A DNA stretch of 64,000 nt from an uncultured Gammaproteobacteria bacterium (GTDB lineage Bacteria; Patescibacteriota; Microgenomatia; Levybacterales; UBA12049): contig CAZHKZ010000003.1 of assembly GCA_964533055.1 (NCBI GenBank), positions 2,483-66,482 on the forward strand. Reading direction: 5' to 3'. This document shows, piece after piece, positions 10,147-20,365 of the stretch. The notes beneath the pieces are model-generated. The model ran no database searches and was not told where the DNA came from. It saw only the letters and a program-made list of their open reading frames with translations. The translations under genes and the position numbers were made by a program. How positions within the stretch are numbered: the first letter of the stretch is position 1; each line of letters starts with the position of its first letter.

Positions 10147-12392
10147 AGCCTGTAGATTTTTGTTTCGTTGCTCTGAAAGACAATCGACCCAACCTGGTCA
10201 AGAAGTGTTTCGTTAAGAAGATATTTTTCCTTTTCAAGAGCTCCAACAAACACATACTTAATCTCATATTTATGGACAAGATTCTTGAAGGTGTTTAGAT
10301 CAGTTGTTTCATAGAGGGACTTGATCTCCTCAATTCTTGGTGATGGGATGTCATAACTCCCTCTCCAGAGCCACTCATGTACAGTCCAGCCAAGCACCGT
10401 TGGAAGTCCTGTATTTGCTGACACTCTGCCGTAGTCTGTGTAGGAGTCTCCCTGTGCCTCAAGAATGACAGGTTGATCAGAGACATTTTTTTGCATCCAG
10501 AGAATTCCATTATAGTCATCTGGATATTTTTGTTTAAGGTAGATCGTTCCATCTAGCGTGCGGACTTTATCATGAATAAACTCTGCTGAAAAGATATTTC
10601 CATAAAAAGAGGTGAGTGAGAAATAAGGATAGACAAAGACGATAACAAGCAGCATCGTTGTCGAAACAAAAAAGAGACAATACGTTATAACGTGTATCGG
10701 CGACCTCTTTGATTTAAGAACCTGTGAGATCCTGGCTATGATATAGCCAGATGCCAGGGAGAACATGATAAAGCTTTCAAAAACCAGTTTGAACATCGTA
10801 TTCGCTCTATAGTGTGCTGGATAAATATCCTTTGCGTAAATAAATTCAGGAACAATGATAAGAATCGTCGACAGGATTATCAGTAGTGCGATAAAAATGT
10901 CAGATGGTGAAAGTTTTTTAGTGCGAGTTAGGAAAATGATAAAAAGGATTGTAAAGAAAATAAAAAATCCATAGAGGATTCCAAGTTGCCAAATTGGAGA
11001 TCTCAGGCAATGGTCTGCTTCAAAGAGAAATGGCCCAACATGTCCAAGATCGGTCAGTACTTTAGGAGCGCAAAGAATTCCAACACCCGAGACAAACGGT
11101 TTGAAAGCAAGTGAGAATGGCAATGATATGACAAAAAAAAGTCCACCAAGTAAGATGAGTGGCACAAATGTTTCCTCAATAATCTGAAGGATTCTATCAA
11201 GTAAGGGCTTTTTCAGAAAAAGTACTCCAAGTTTTTTGTACAGAAGAATTATTGCCGCAAAAAGAAGATAGATCAGGCCATCCCAGGCGTTTGTCATATA
11301 CATGATTGCTAGAAGTGTACCAAGCGCAATGAAGTGAGTTGTCCTCATTGGGATGTATGTTGAAAGACGCGAAAGGATTGTGAGCACTTTCTTTTTTGAG
11401 ACTTTCCTTTTTACGACAGTCTTTTGTGTTATAAAAATCGAATAGAGCAGGGCAATTGTTGTAAGAACAATTGGAATATCAAGTGCATGGCCATGAAGAT
11501 CGGAGACAGTCCATGAATAAATTGGAAATTCATGAATAGTATTATGAATAAATCTTGTTGCGTTTGGATACCAGTAGCCATTCGGAAATGTATTTGGGAG
11601 GAATTGTTGTTGCCAAAATGGCACTGGCTTTTCAGGATCATAGACTTTAAAGAGTGAATATGTCGCATGGAGATTTCCAGAAAATGTTACAAGGAATGCA
11701 CAGAGTAGTCCGACAAGGATATATTTTAGAGAGCGGATTTTATCATTGATATTTCTGTAGATGCTTGCGCCAAGAGAAAAGCTCTCTATAAAGCAGAGTG
11801 CAGCTAGAGTTGCAATCATAAGATTGTAGGAGTAGTTAGAGTGGGTAAATGAGAGCTTGGTAAGTACTGCGGTGAAAAGATGTCCAAAATAATAGTAGTT
11901 TATTGATAGCGGGGAAAGCCACATATCTTTTGGTGGGAAGTAGCTGGATTTAAGAATTGAATTAACAAAGCCAAAGTCCATGAATTTTTCAAGCCCATTT
12001 ATCTCTGGTGTAAAGGAGCGTACGAATGAAAAGAAAATAAGTATACTTATGAAAAAAAGCTCCTCAGCTAGGAAAATCTTCCAGTGATCGCGTAGGAAAG
12101 TAAAAATAATGCTTCGAGTTTTCTCTTTATAATTTCTATAGATTGCGAAAATCGAGCCAGCTGCTAAAAGTGTACAGAGTAAGAAAAGCGAGGGTGTTGA
12201 GAAGGGGAGCAGGTGTGCAAATCCAAGGACAAATGCAGCATATGAAATTATGATTGCTCCGAGGATCTTACTAAAAGCATATCCTTTATCAAGAAAACCA
12301 TTGAAAAGCAGTGCTGATATGGGAAGTGAAATTGCTCCTAGAACAAAGAGCATTGTCCACCATTGAAGGAGAAATGCTATATCAGCGCTCAT
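10143..12392 (-). CDS. large polytopic membrane protein (DUF2298/GT-C-like)
   Basis: 749 aa, more than 12 TM helices. INYYYFGH motif and a C-terminal soluble domain. Last gene of the minus-strand envelope cluster. Confidence 0.45.
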   Translation of the reverse strand: MSADIAFLLQWWTMLFVLGAISLPISALLFNGFLDKGYAFSKILGAIIISYAAFVLGFAHLLPFSTPSLFLLCTLLAAGSIFAIYRNYKEKTRSIIFTFLRDHWKIFLAEELFFISILIFFSFVRSFTPEINGLEKFMDFGFVNSILKSSYFPPKDMWLSPLSINYYYFGHLFTAVLTKLSFTHSNYSYNLMIATLAALCFIESFSLGASIYRNINDKIRSLKYILVGLLCAFLVTFSGNLHATYSLFKVYDPEKPVPFWQQQFLPNTFPNGYWYPNATRFIHNTIHEFPIYSWTVSDLHGHALDIPIVLTTIALLYSIFITQKTVVKRKVSKKKVLTILSRLSTYIPMRTTHFIALGTLLAIMYMTNAWDGLIYLLFAAIILLYKKLGVLFLKKPLLDRILQIIEETFVPLILLGGLFFVISLPFSLAFKPFVSGVGILCAPKVLTDLGHVGPFLFEADHCLRSPIWQLGILYGFFIFFTILFIIFLTRTKKLSPSDIFIALLIILSTILIIVPEFIYAKDIYPAHYRANTMFKLVFESFIMFSLASGYIIARISQVLKSKRSPIHVITYCLFFVSTTMLLVIVFVYPYFSLTSFYGNIFSAEFIHDKVRTLDGTIYLKQKYPDDYNGILWMQKNVSDQPVILEAQGDSYTDYGRVSANTGLPTVLGWTVHEWLWRGSYDIPSPRIEEIKSLYETTDLNTFKNLVHKYEIKYVFVGALEKEKYLLNETLLDQVGSIVFQSNETKIYRL

Positions 12393-12937
12393 GCTTTTCG
12401 TTTCTCCATCATCTGAGATATTTCAGGAATTCTTATGATGTTCCCTGGCAATTTCTGGGCTTTTGATGAACTATCAAGCCAATAGAACTGGGTTTTTTTG
12501 ATGTGCTTAGCTAGATGAGTAAGTAGGGCAAGGTCATCATCAATATATTTATCAAGCTTGAGACTCCCTAGAACTTCTTCTTTAAAGATATGTGGCTGAA
12601 GGTTAGTGTAGTTAAAATACATGCCATCAAATATCAGATCAAGCCCCAGTTTTTTGGTAATTCTCTCTGTTTGTTTTTCCAAAAAGCGAAATCGACTTGA
12701 AATAAGGAAAACTTTATTAGTTTTGGCAACTTTTTTGAGGAAGGCCATGTTGTCTTGGAGCGGTGGGCGAAAGATTGGATTATGTGAAATTTGCCTTATG
12801 AGTTGCTCAGGGAGAGAGGGGATTCTATACATAAGATTTTTTGATGAGTTCTTTTTGTAGAGTCTATTTATAAGATCATCAGAAATAAAAGGTGGATAGT
12901 CTATGAGAACTTTGTCCAGATCAAATCCTATTCGCAT
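12389..12937 (-). CDS. HAD-superfamily hydrolase-like protein
   Basis: N-terminal IGFDLDKVL (DxDxV motif I), LISSR (motif II), K, DDD (motif IV). Confidence 0.4.
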   Translation of the reverse strand: MRIGFDLDKVLIDYPPFISDDLINRLYKKNSSKNLMYRIPSLPEQLIRQISHNPIFRPPLQDNMAFLKKVAKTNKVFLISSRFRFLEKQTERITKKLGLDLIFDGMYFNYTNLQPHIFKEEVLGSLKLDKYIDDDLALLTHLAKHIKKTQFYWLDSSSKAQKLPGNIIRIPEISQMMEKRKA

Positions 12938-12940
12938 ACA

Positions 12941-13978
12941 TTATATTTTAGAGATGAGGTTAAGAATTTGAAAGTCCCAACCTACCCTATGAGTATCGCC
13001 GGTTCTTTTTTGAATTTTTGTTCTATTCTTCTTGTACCAGAGATAACTTTCAAGGAGTAATTCTTTATTCGATTTTTTTGGTTGCCAGTTAAGTAGGTCC
13101 TGTGCTTTTTGAATTGAAACATATGAAGGCACTGGCATTGTCATATAGTGCCATGCTGCAAGTGGGGAGAGGTGGAGCCACTCAAGAACTCTTAGGGCAA
13201 TCTGCGTTGGGAGAACTGGAAGTCCTGTAATTTTTGAAACTGACTTGTCATGTCTGATGACAGTTTTGAGATCTTTTCTCCACGTCTGGTATTCGCGAGC
13301 GCCAATGTTGAATATTTCATTCTTAACACTACTAACAAGGGCCTTATAGATTGCATCAGCAACATCAGAAACTGCAAGGAGCTGATACTTGTTGTTTCCC
13401 TTGCCGAGAATAAATACTCTCCTGCCTGTATAAATTGCCTCAAACCAGAGCGAGAAGACACCCAATCTTTCAGGTCCAAGGAAGGTCTTGGGTCTAATAA
13501 TATTAATAGGAAGGCCCTTCTCCATATATTCTTTGCAGATCTGCTCACCGATAAGCTTTGATTGTCCATAGTAGCCAATTGGCTCGAGTGGACTTTCCTC
13601 AGTTTCGGGAAGATGTTTTGGGACGCCATAGAGTGCGGTCGTTGAGATAAAAACAAGTCTTTTCACCTTCTGCTCATATGCCGCATCAACAACTCTTTTT
13701 GTTCCATCAACATTAACACTAAAGATTTTTTGTTTGGTTCTCTGAATTGGGAGTGCTGCTGCGGCATGAATGACATGAGTTATTCCTTTCATTGCCAGGG
13801 TAATATCTTTTTTCTTTCTAATATCACCCTTAATCACCGTTACTTTTCCGATCAGATCTTTTGCGTCAAGAGGTGCTTGGTCAAAAAGTGTGACAGTAAA
13901 ATCCTTTTTAAGAAGAAGTCTTGCGAGGTGCACGCCTAAAAATCCACAACCACCAGTGATGAGAACATGAGGCTTCAT
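12941..13978 (-). CDS. NAD-dependent epimerase/dehydratase (extended SDR)
   Basis: VLITGGCGFLGVHLARLL Rossmann motif, YxxxK region. 345 aa. Confidence 0.8.
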   Translation of the reverse strand: MKPHVLITGGCGFLGVHLARLLLKKDFTVTLFDQAPLDAKDLIGKVTVIKGDIRKKKDITLAMKGITHVIHAAAALPIQRTKQKIFSVNVDGTKRVVDAAYEQKVKRLVFISTTALYGVPKHLPETEESPLEPIGYYGQSKLIGEQICKEYMEKGLPINIIRPKTFLGPERLGVFSLWFEAIYTGRRVFILGKGNNKYQLLAVSDVADAIYKALVSSVKNEIFNIGAREYQTWRKDLKTVIRHDKSVSKITGLPVLPTQIALRVLEWLHLSPLAAWHYMTMPVPSYVSIQKAQDLLNWQPKKSNKELLLESYLWYKKNRTKIQKRTGDTHRVGWDFQILNLISKI

Positions 13979-14023
13979 AGAAGGTTATTGTAGCGTGTGG
14001 TTTTTGTTGATACAAGAAGCAAA

Positions 14024-15724
14024 TCAGTTTTTTTGAGTATTTTTAAAAATGGTTACAACAGGGTGATCATAGACACTAAATGACTCGTCAAAATTCTGAT
14101 CATTGAACTCAATTGTAGTAAATGGAATATGCGCAAATGATGTAAATTCAGCTACTTTTTTGTAGCCTAACTTTTCGGCAAAAAGGTCATTATAGTACTG
14201 TGCGGTTTGAACATAACATTTTCCAGGAGGAAGTTTCGAGCAGGTGGTTAGCTTTCTCAGTGGCGTGTAAAGTCTATTGGATGCAAGAATTATATAGTCA
14301 CTTCTCTGGAGTGAAAGATTGATACTGTCCCACTTAGCTGGTGTATCAGCTTCATAAAGTGGCAGTGTCTCATATTTATAAGCTCCTGCATTAAATATCG
14401 GGAGTGAATCGTCCCAATGTTCAATTGCAAGTGTGCTTTGGGGTGGAATATTTTTCATGATCCAAAGACTTGCCTCAAATCTTGTAAAAGGTTTTGCATA
14501 GATTGTCATAAATGATAGCGGCCATAAGAGGATTGCGATAAGTGTAATTCCAATAAGGAGCCTTTTCCCAGAATAAACTTTTCTGAATATTTGACTACAT
14601 AGAAGAGCTCCAAAGAGAGCGAGAATTGGATAGAGAGGAAGCATGTACCTGACAAAACCAATTGCAAACTTACCAACAATGAAGAAATATACCATGAAGA
14701 AAAGGAGGAGGATTAGCTCTTGCCTTGAAAAGTCCATCGCTCTCCTTCTGGCAAGAGCGACTATTCTATAGATTATTCCTGCAAAGCAAATGGTTGCAAG
14801 AAATGGTCCCATACCGATAAAAAATATTTGGGTAAGATCGTAGAGATAGGGAATTTTGCCAACATATTGTAGCGTGTAGGGGAAAGTAAAGGCGTCTCTT
14901 GTCATTGCTGCTTGAGCAAGAGTTTGCTGTACGAATTCCTGAAAATCTAGTGCAACATAAGGTTGCAATATGAAGAACAATAGAATGGTAACCGTACCAG
15001 TGGCACTAAAATAGTAGAGTAGCTTTTTGATATAGGCTGGGATATGTTGGGCCCAGATGCTTGGTCTATGAGGCTGCTTTATAAAGAGTAGAGCAAAATC
15101 CAGGATGATTGTTGCTAGAAATGAGGTCAAGAGAACTGTGGCGCTAATCTTTGTTGCAAAAGCACAGGCAAGTGAAGCGCCGATCGCCAAGGCTATTTTT
15201 AGTGAAGGTTTCTTATAAAGTCTAATGAGCAGATAGAGCGTAAGTGTAATGAAGAATGTTAAAAGTGTATCAACAGCATAAAATCGCGAGAGTTGGATCG
15301 GGAGCACAGCAGTGCCATAGAAAAATGATGCCAATAGTCCTACTTTTTCTCCCCAGAGTTTTTTACCAATATAAAAAACAAGTGCTAATGTCCCAAGGTC
15401 TGCAATAAGTGAAAGACATCTCCCAATAAGCGTGAGATAGTCATAAGAAAAGTACTCTGGCCTAATGAGGCTGAAAGCTTTTCCAGTCCAGTACAGAAGA
15501 TAAAGCGGTAGTGATCCGTATGCGAAGAAATGCGGATTCCAGCTACTATCTTTGTCAAGAAATTGTGAGACTGAGGTCGGGAATGACAGCTCATTTGTGA
15601 AGAGTACAACTGCCCTTTCGTCTGGGTGCATATGATATCCCTGGTCCCAATTGATTCCCACTAGTCGGAGAATTCCAGAAATGAGAAATATTCCTATAAA
15701 GAGTAACTTAATGTTTTGCTTCAT
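14024..15724 (-). CDS. GT-C fold membrane glycosyltransferase (PMT_2/ArnT-like), paralog 1
   Basis: 566 aa polytopic. First-loop motif YHMHPDERAVV (DE motif). Paralogous to the adjacent gene. Confidence 0.6.
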   Translation of the reverse strand: MKQNIKLLFIGIFLISGILRLVGINWDQGYHMHPDERAVVLFTNELSFPTSVSQFLDKDSSWNPHFFAYGSLPLYLLYWTGKAFSLIRPEYFSYDYLTLIGRCLSLIADLGTLALVFYIGKKLWGEKVGLLASFFYGTAVLPIQLSRFYAVDTLLTFFITLTLYLLIRLYKKPSLKIALAIGASLACAFATKISATVLLTSFLATIILDFALLFIKQPHRPSIWAQHIPAYIKKLLYYFSATGTVTILLFFILQPYVALDFQEFVQQTLAQAAMTRDAFTFPYTLQYVGKIPYLYDLTQIFFIGMGPFLATICFAGIIYRIVALARRRAMDFSRQELILLLFFMVYFFIVGKFAIGFVRYMLPLYPILALFGALLCSQIFRKVYSGKRLLIGITLIAILLWPLSFMTIYAKPFTRFEASLWIMKNIPPQSTLAIEHWDDSLPIFNAGAYKYETLPLYEADTPAKWDSINLSLQRSDYIILASNRLYTPLRKLTTCSKLPPGKCYVQTAQYYNDLFAEKLGYKKVAEFTSFAHIPFTTIEFNDQNFDESFSVYDHPVVTIFKNTQKN

Positions 15725-17330
15725 GTCTAATTTTATACAGTATTACTGTAGGTCTATCAAAGATATTAACTGTTTGTTCAAAGCTGAAGATTGGACTATT
15801 TATATAGAGGAGTGAGCACCAGAAGTCACAAGGTGTTTCATAAATCTTCTCAAATCGACCAGAGGTAGTAATCTCATTATAAACAGCATTTCCTTTAGGG
15901 AAGTTTTTTGCATCAACAAGTCGAGTTTTATAAAGTCTCTGACTAGGAAGAATTAGATAGTCTGACTGATCAATCAAAGCGTTATATTTTTCCACTGTAG
16001 ATTCGGGGGAATTATTATCAAGGTCGTAGAAATTAAATAGAGTTATATTGGGATATGCCGAGTTGAAGGGGGTGATTCCGAGATCATAGACCTCAGATAT
16101 GATTGGACTTGTGCTCGGAATTGTTTTGTTGGCAAATGTTAATGCTTGAATTCTTGTATCAGTATCAAAATACACAGTTTTAATAAATGCAAAAGCCCAG
16201 AGCATACATAAAACTCCAATGCTGCCTTCTATAAAGTGCGATCCTTTTTTAGGGAAGAATTTTAGGTTTGAAATCTCGCTTAGACCATAAGCCACACAGA
16301 GGTAGATAAATGGAAGCGTTGGGATGAAGTAACGTGTCCATTGCGCAAATAAAAATGTTTGGGAAAAGAATGTGATCGAGAGAAAGATGAGAAGAAAAAT
16401 GAGCGGGTAGTCGACCCTTTTCCTCAGAGATACTAGGATGAACACAAATGATATTGGAAAGAGTATGGCGAATATCGGGCCAAGAATGAATGGATAAATT
16501 CGCATAATCGGGAAGAGAATTGGTATTGCTGAAAGGAATTCGCCAGTATAAAAAACAATAAGTTTGCCAAGAGCAACATTTGACTCATATGAAATACTGT
16601 TGAGAAAGGATTGGTGATCTAAATACACAAATGGATTCGTGAGTAGGTAGCAGGCTGCAGTTGCAATGAAGATGACGATGGTAGTAAATAATTTTTTATG
16701 AAAAGGATAGCGTTTTTTTAAATAGAGAGCGCCAATAGTTGGGAGAAAAATAATGCTTGAGATTTTAACGCTTATGAGAATTCCAAGTGACACCGCGATT
16801 ATGATTATTGCTTGGCGAGTTGGCTTGTGGAAATATTTGATAAAACCATAGAAGAGAAGTGTTGAGAAGAAGGTAAGCCATGTTTCAAATGTTCCAAAGT
16901 GGGCGTACTGAATTAGGCCAATGCTAAATGTGGAAAAAAATGCAGCGATGAGACCCGTTCGATTATCTTTAAGAAGCTGCCCTATTTTAAAGATAAGATA
17001 GATGGTGCCAATAGATAAAAATGTCGAGAATCCTCGTAAAATAAGAATCGCGTCCTCAAAGCTTACTTGATTAATCGAGGGGTGGTTGTGCATTGTTAGG
17101 AAGTTTTTGAGAAGCCCTGTAAAAAAAGTAAGGTAGATCGGTAGAGATCCATACGCAAAAAAGTGAGGATTAAATTGGTCTGGGTAGGAGAGTCCAGCGA
17201 TGGCGCTTGCAATATTTCTTTCATCGGGATGAAAGAAGAATGGCGATCCCCACGCTAGAGATATCAGTCTAAGTATTGATGCAAGGCATAAAAGTGCGAT
17301 AAGTATTTTTTGAGAATATTTATCCATCAT
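15708..17330 (-). CDS. GT-C fold membrane glycosyltransferase (PMT_2/ArnT-like), paralog 2
   Basis: 540 aa polytopic. FFFHPDERNIAS motif and overall similarity to the 14024..15724 protein. 17 nt overlap implies translational coupling. Confidence 0.6.
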   Translation of the reverse strand: MMDKYSQKILIALLCLASILRLISLAWGSPFFFHPDERNIASAIAGLSYPDQFNPHFFAYGSLPIYLTFFTGLLKNFLTMHNHPSINQVSFEDAILILRGFSTFLSIGTIYLIFKIGQLLKDNRTGLIAAFFSTFSIGLIQYAHFGTFETWLTFFSTLLFYGFIKYFHKPTRQAIIIIAVSLGILISVKISSIIFLPTIGALYLKKRYPFHKKLFTTIVIFIATAACYLLTNPFVYLDHQSFLNSISYESNVALGKLIVFYTGEFLSAIPILFPIMRIYPFILGPIFAILFPISFVFILVSLRKRVDYPLIFLLIFLSITFFSQTFLFAQWTRYFIPTLPFIYLCVAYGLSEISNLKFFPKKGSHFIEGSIGVLCMLWAFAFIKTVYFDTDTRIQALTFANKTIPSTSPIISEVYDLGITPFNSAYPNITLFNFYDLDNNSPESTVEKYNALIDQSDYLILPSQRLYKTRLVDAKNFPKGNAVYNEITTSGRFEKIYETPCDFWCSLLYINSPIFSFEQTVNIFDRPTVILYKIRHEAKH

Positions 17331-17332
17331 AC

Positions 17333-18610
17333 TTATGAAGTAGCTATTCCTGCGATTTTTTTGCCCAACTCAACTGCGTAGTTGGTCCCTCTGTCCCAAG
17401 GGTAGACTTGCTCAATGTTTGCAAGAAAAACGTGCTTTAAGGGTGTCTTAAATGGGGGAATTAACCTTGAATAATTGGTAGGAACAATCGGCTGAGCAAA
17501 AGGAGCTCTGAAGACCTCGAAGTCGATTATGCTTTTTTTATAGTTTTTGTTTATCCTTTTCAGGAGAGGGTCATACTTCTTGAGGAGCTCTTTTTTATCC
17601 ATTGAAAAAAGGTCACTTTTGGGATCAGGATAGTTGCCGACATAGACAATGTGCTCATTAGAAAAATTCTTTTTATCCATGAGGTTAGTGTGCTCGACGA
17701 CCACCATGACCGGTGCATTTTTCTCACATATGCTTAGCCAATAAGAACCATCTTTTATCAGCTGCTCACTTAGTCTAAGTACCATGTTGGTTGCGCCAAG
17801 CCCACGTAGTTTTACGAGCTTTTGCACATATTCTTGTGGAAGTTCCTGAGCGATTTTTAAAAAGAGGAATGAGGGGAGTGTCACGATGACTTTGTCAAAT
17901 TTCTCTGTCTTTGTTCTCGCCCCATTTTTATATGTGACCTCTGCATCTTTACCATCTTTAATCGCTATTGTTTCTGAGTTGAGATGAATTTTCCCGCCCT
18001 TCCCCTGAATATCTTTTGCAAGTGCTTGGGCAAAGTTGAGGAAGCCACCTTCTGGGTATGCAAGAGATGGAGTTCTTTTATAGATTCTAGTCCAGAACCA
18101 AACAAGTGATATTTCTGATGCATATTCACCCATTTTGTTCCGCAATTGTGGTTCCCAGAGCATAGAAAATGCTTTTTTACCCATGGTTTTTTCAAGAAAT
18201 GAGATCGCGTTTATTTTCTCAAGCGGTTTCCAGAAAGGATTTAATTTGAGGAACGCTAGAACGGCACTCATGCGAATCTTGTCAGCGAGTGGTAGCTTTG
18301 GGAAGCGAAGGATGGCAATTGGTGAATCAAGCTGATAGGTTCTGCCATCAATAAAGACAGATGTTTTAGGTCTTTTAATCAAGACTGGGAAGTTTATTTC
18401 TTTGGCTAGAGATAGGACATGTTCATCATTTGTAAACCAGTGATGATAATGCTTCTCCAGACTCCACTTCCATGACTTTTCTTTGTAGCCGATCGCTAGT
18501 CCTCCCGGCTGAGGATCCTTCTCAAGAAGTGTCACATCATTACCCATTTTCAAAAGTTCATGGGCAGCAGCAAGTCCTGTAAATCCTGCGCCAATTATTG
18601 CAATTTTCAT
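17333..18610 (-). CDS. FAD/NAD(P)-binding oxidoreductase (amine oxidase/PPOX/CrtI-like)
   Basis: MKIAIIGAGFTGLAAAHEL...LLEKDPQPGGLA is a Rossmann GxGxxG dinucleotide-binding motif plus the GG motif. Confidence 0.7.
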   Translation of the reverse strand: MKIAIIGAGFTGLAAAHELLKMGNDVTLLEKDPQPGGLAIGYKEKSWKWSLEKHYHHWFTNDEHVLSLAKEINFPVLIKRPKTSVFIDGRTYQLDSPIAILRFPKLPLADKIRMSAVLAFLKLNPFWKPLEKINAISFLEKTMGKKAFSMLWEPQLRNKMGEYASEISLVWFWTRIYKRTPSLAYPEGGFLNFAQALAKDIQGKGGKIHLNSETIAIKDGKDAEVTYKNGARTKTEKFDKVIVTLPSFLFLKIAQELPQEYVQKLVKLRGLGATNMVLRLSEQLIKDGSYWLSICEKNAPVMVVVEHTNLMDKKNFSNEHIVYVGNYPDPKSDLFSMDKKELLKKYDPLLKRINKNYKKSIIDFEVFRAPFAQPIVPTNYSRLIPPFKTPLKHVFLANIEQVYPWDRGTNYAVELGKKIAGIATS

Positions 18611-20052
18611 AAAGTACTTCCTCGCTGCATAAAGAACAACATTGCTCCAATGCCGAGCACAAGAATGGTTATTATACCTGAAAAAACTACATTTGAGCTA
18701 CCCGGTGAGGACATGGTGGGTGATGGGGAAAGTGAAGTTGGCGGTACTGTCGTAGCTTCTGGGCTAGCGCTTGCACTAAGCGTCGGCGAAAGCGTTGGTA
18801 TTACTGTCATAGTAGCTGTTGGACTTACTGAGGGCGCTACGGTTGGAGTCGATTTGGTTGGGTTTGGTGTTTGACTGATAGTTGGAATCGTCGATGGGTT
18901 TGTAGGTGAGACGGATGGCTCAGTAAACTGACTGCCTTCTGCAAAGACGGTAAAATTTCTAGTGATAGTTGTGAGGATCCCCTTACTATTTTTGGTCTTT
19001 ATAGTAATAGTATGGTCGCCAGGGGAAAGATTGCTAGGTGGTCGATATGACCAGATGCCATTTTTATCTGCTTTTACAGATGCGGTGATGGGATCAGAGT
19101 GTATTTCAATAAGAACCTCTTCATTAGGTGCTGATGTGCCTTCAAATTTGGGCTGTTGGTCAGTTAGTTCTTCCTTGTTGTCTGGGCTTACGATGGCTGG
19201 TTCTGCTGGGAGATCCTCAACTGCACTAAATGATGGAAACGCATTATCATCAACCTGAGCGGATTCAGTCGATATAGGAGTTGCGTTAGGATCGCTGCTG
19301 TCTACGGTGAAATCATAAATGTTTGAGAGTGTTATCTTAGGAACAGGATTGATTTGGGCCGGAAGTAGCGAGACTCGGGAAGTCAGAGTTGGACTTTGAA
19401 ACAATAGCTTGATGATAGAAGAGTCTTTGAATGCCAGATAACTACCAAAGTCGCTCGTTCGAAGTGCGTTAAGTGGAAGTACAAAACTTCCATTCGGCTT
19501 TGTAAGAGTTGAAAGCATCTGTGCACTGTCTGTTACGAGGAACACCATGACACTATCATCGGTAGATCCATCAGGATATGCTGCGCTTCCCACGATTGGA
19601 GCTTGGCGCGATGGCTGCTGGGTGATTGTTGAAAGGGTCTTGATACTGAATGGCTTCTTGCCCTCATCCTGAAAAACTTTATCTGAGGAAAGGATCGTAT
19701 AGTAATAGGTGGTCTCAGGCTTTAAGTTGCGAAGCGTTATATGGTGTACGTTGTATTGTTTTGGAGTACCTGACTGCTGGTCACGATCATCAAGTGCCAC
19801 TTTCCCTCTATCAACACCCTCTCCATAAGAAAGCGATCCCAAAACCTTTTCATCAGTTATGTAGGAAATGGTGAATGATGTGTCAGTTTGATTACTGATC
19901 CTTATTTGCTTAGGGGTGTAAGCAGGAGATGCATTTGTAAGTAAGAGTAAATCACTCCTGAGGAGTATCGACACAGTCACGAGTCCAATTCCTAGGAGGA
20001 TAAGCCCAAGAAGTGTTGGAATTCTCTTATGAAAAAATGATGAATTGTTCAA
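18607..20052 (-). CDS. membrane-anchored surface protein (FN3/PAP-N-like domain, Ig-like domain, Pro/Thr/Ser linker, C-terminal TM)
   Basis: N-terminal signal/anchor. TSFTISYITDEKVLGSLSYGEG...TTYYYTI resembles the FN3-like N-domain of purple acid phosphatases, with no phosphoesterase motifs. DKNGIWSY Ig-like motif. PT-rich tail and a terminal hydrophobic helix. Confidence 0.5.
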   Translation of the reverse strand: MNNSSFFHKRIPTLLGLILLGIGLVTVSILLRSDLLLLTNASPAYTPKQIRISNQTDTSFTISYITDEKVLGSLSYGEGVDRGKVALDDRDQQSGTPKQYNVHHITLRNLKPETTYYYTILSSDKVFQDEGKKPFSIKTLSTITQQPSRQAPIVGSAAYPDGSTDDSVMVFLVTDSAQMLSTLTKPNGSFVLPLNALRTSDFGSYLAFKDSSIIKLLFQSPTLTSRVSLLPAQINPVPKITLSNIYDFTVDSSDPNATPISTESAQVDDNAFPSFSAVEDLPAEPAIVSPDNKEELTDQQPKFEGTSAPNEEVLIEIHSDPITASVKADKNGIWSYRPPSNLSPGDHTITIKTKNSKGILTTITRNFTVFAEGSQFTEPSVSPTNPSTIPTISQTPNPTKSTPTVAPSVSPTATMTVIPTLSPTLSASASPEATTVPPTSLSPSPTMSSPGSSNVVFSGIITILVLGIGAMLFFMQRGSTL

Positions 20053-20363
20053 AGTTCGCCTCCTTGAAGCGCAGAAGTCGTTCCTGAATTTTCAGGTGGC
20101 GTATCTAGCGGGAGCGTCTCAGTTGCACTGGGTGTTGCTTGTTCATCCGCAGATATTTTTCCATCTATCTGCTTTCTCTTCTTGAGAGAATTTATGACAT
20201 CGGTGTTGAATTTAGGATCGATTTCTTCGATGGATGCGTTTACCCTCTGGGAAATGGTTGAAGTTATTGCTTTTGTATATATCGCAACTGCAATCCAGAC
20301 TATTACCACAATAACTGATGGAACAAGGATGTAGAGTAGATTTTTTTGTGTTTTTTTATTCAT
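20049..20363 (-). CDS. small bitopic membrane protein
   Basis: 104 aa. One N-terminal TM, then a polar ST/P-rich tail. ATGA overlaps with both neighbours. Confidence 0.4.
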   Translation of the reverse strand: MNKKTQKNLLYILVPSVIVVIVWIAVAIYTKAITSTISQRVNASIEEIDPKFNTDVINSLKKRKQIDGKISADEQATPSATETLPLDTPPENSGTTSALQGGEL

Positions 20364-20365
20364 AG

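Noticed and set aside
17333-18610. Considered a DprE1-like enzyme, which would imply decaprenyl-phospho-arabinose-type pilin glycosylation together with the SDR gene and the GT-C genes.
   Set aside because: DprE1 is a VAO/PCMH-type flavoprotein. This protein has a classical N-terminal Rossmann GxGxxG FAD fold, so that specific pathway assignment is unsupported.
18560-18874. 104 aa ORF rich in G/V/T/S on the plus strand.
   Set aside because: It is the reverse-frame shadow of the Pro/Thr/Ser-rich linker of the 481 aa surface protein on the minus strand.
18607-20052. Purple acid phosphatase call for the 481 aa protein.
   Set aside because: Only the FN3-like N-domain signature is present. The metallophosphoesterase motifs (GDxxY, GNHE) are absent.
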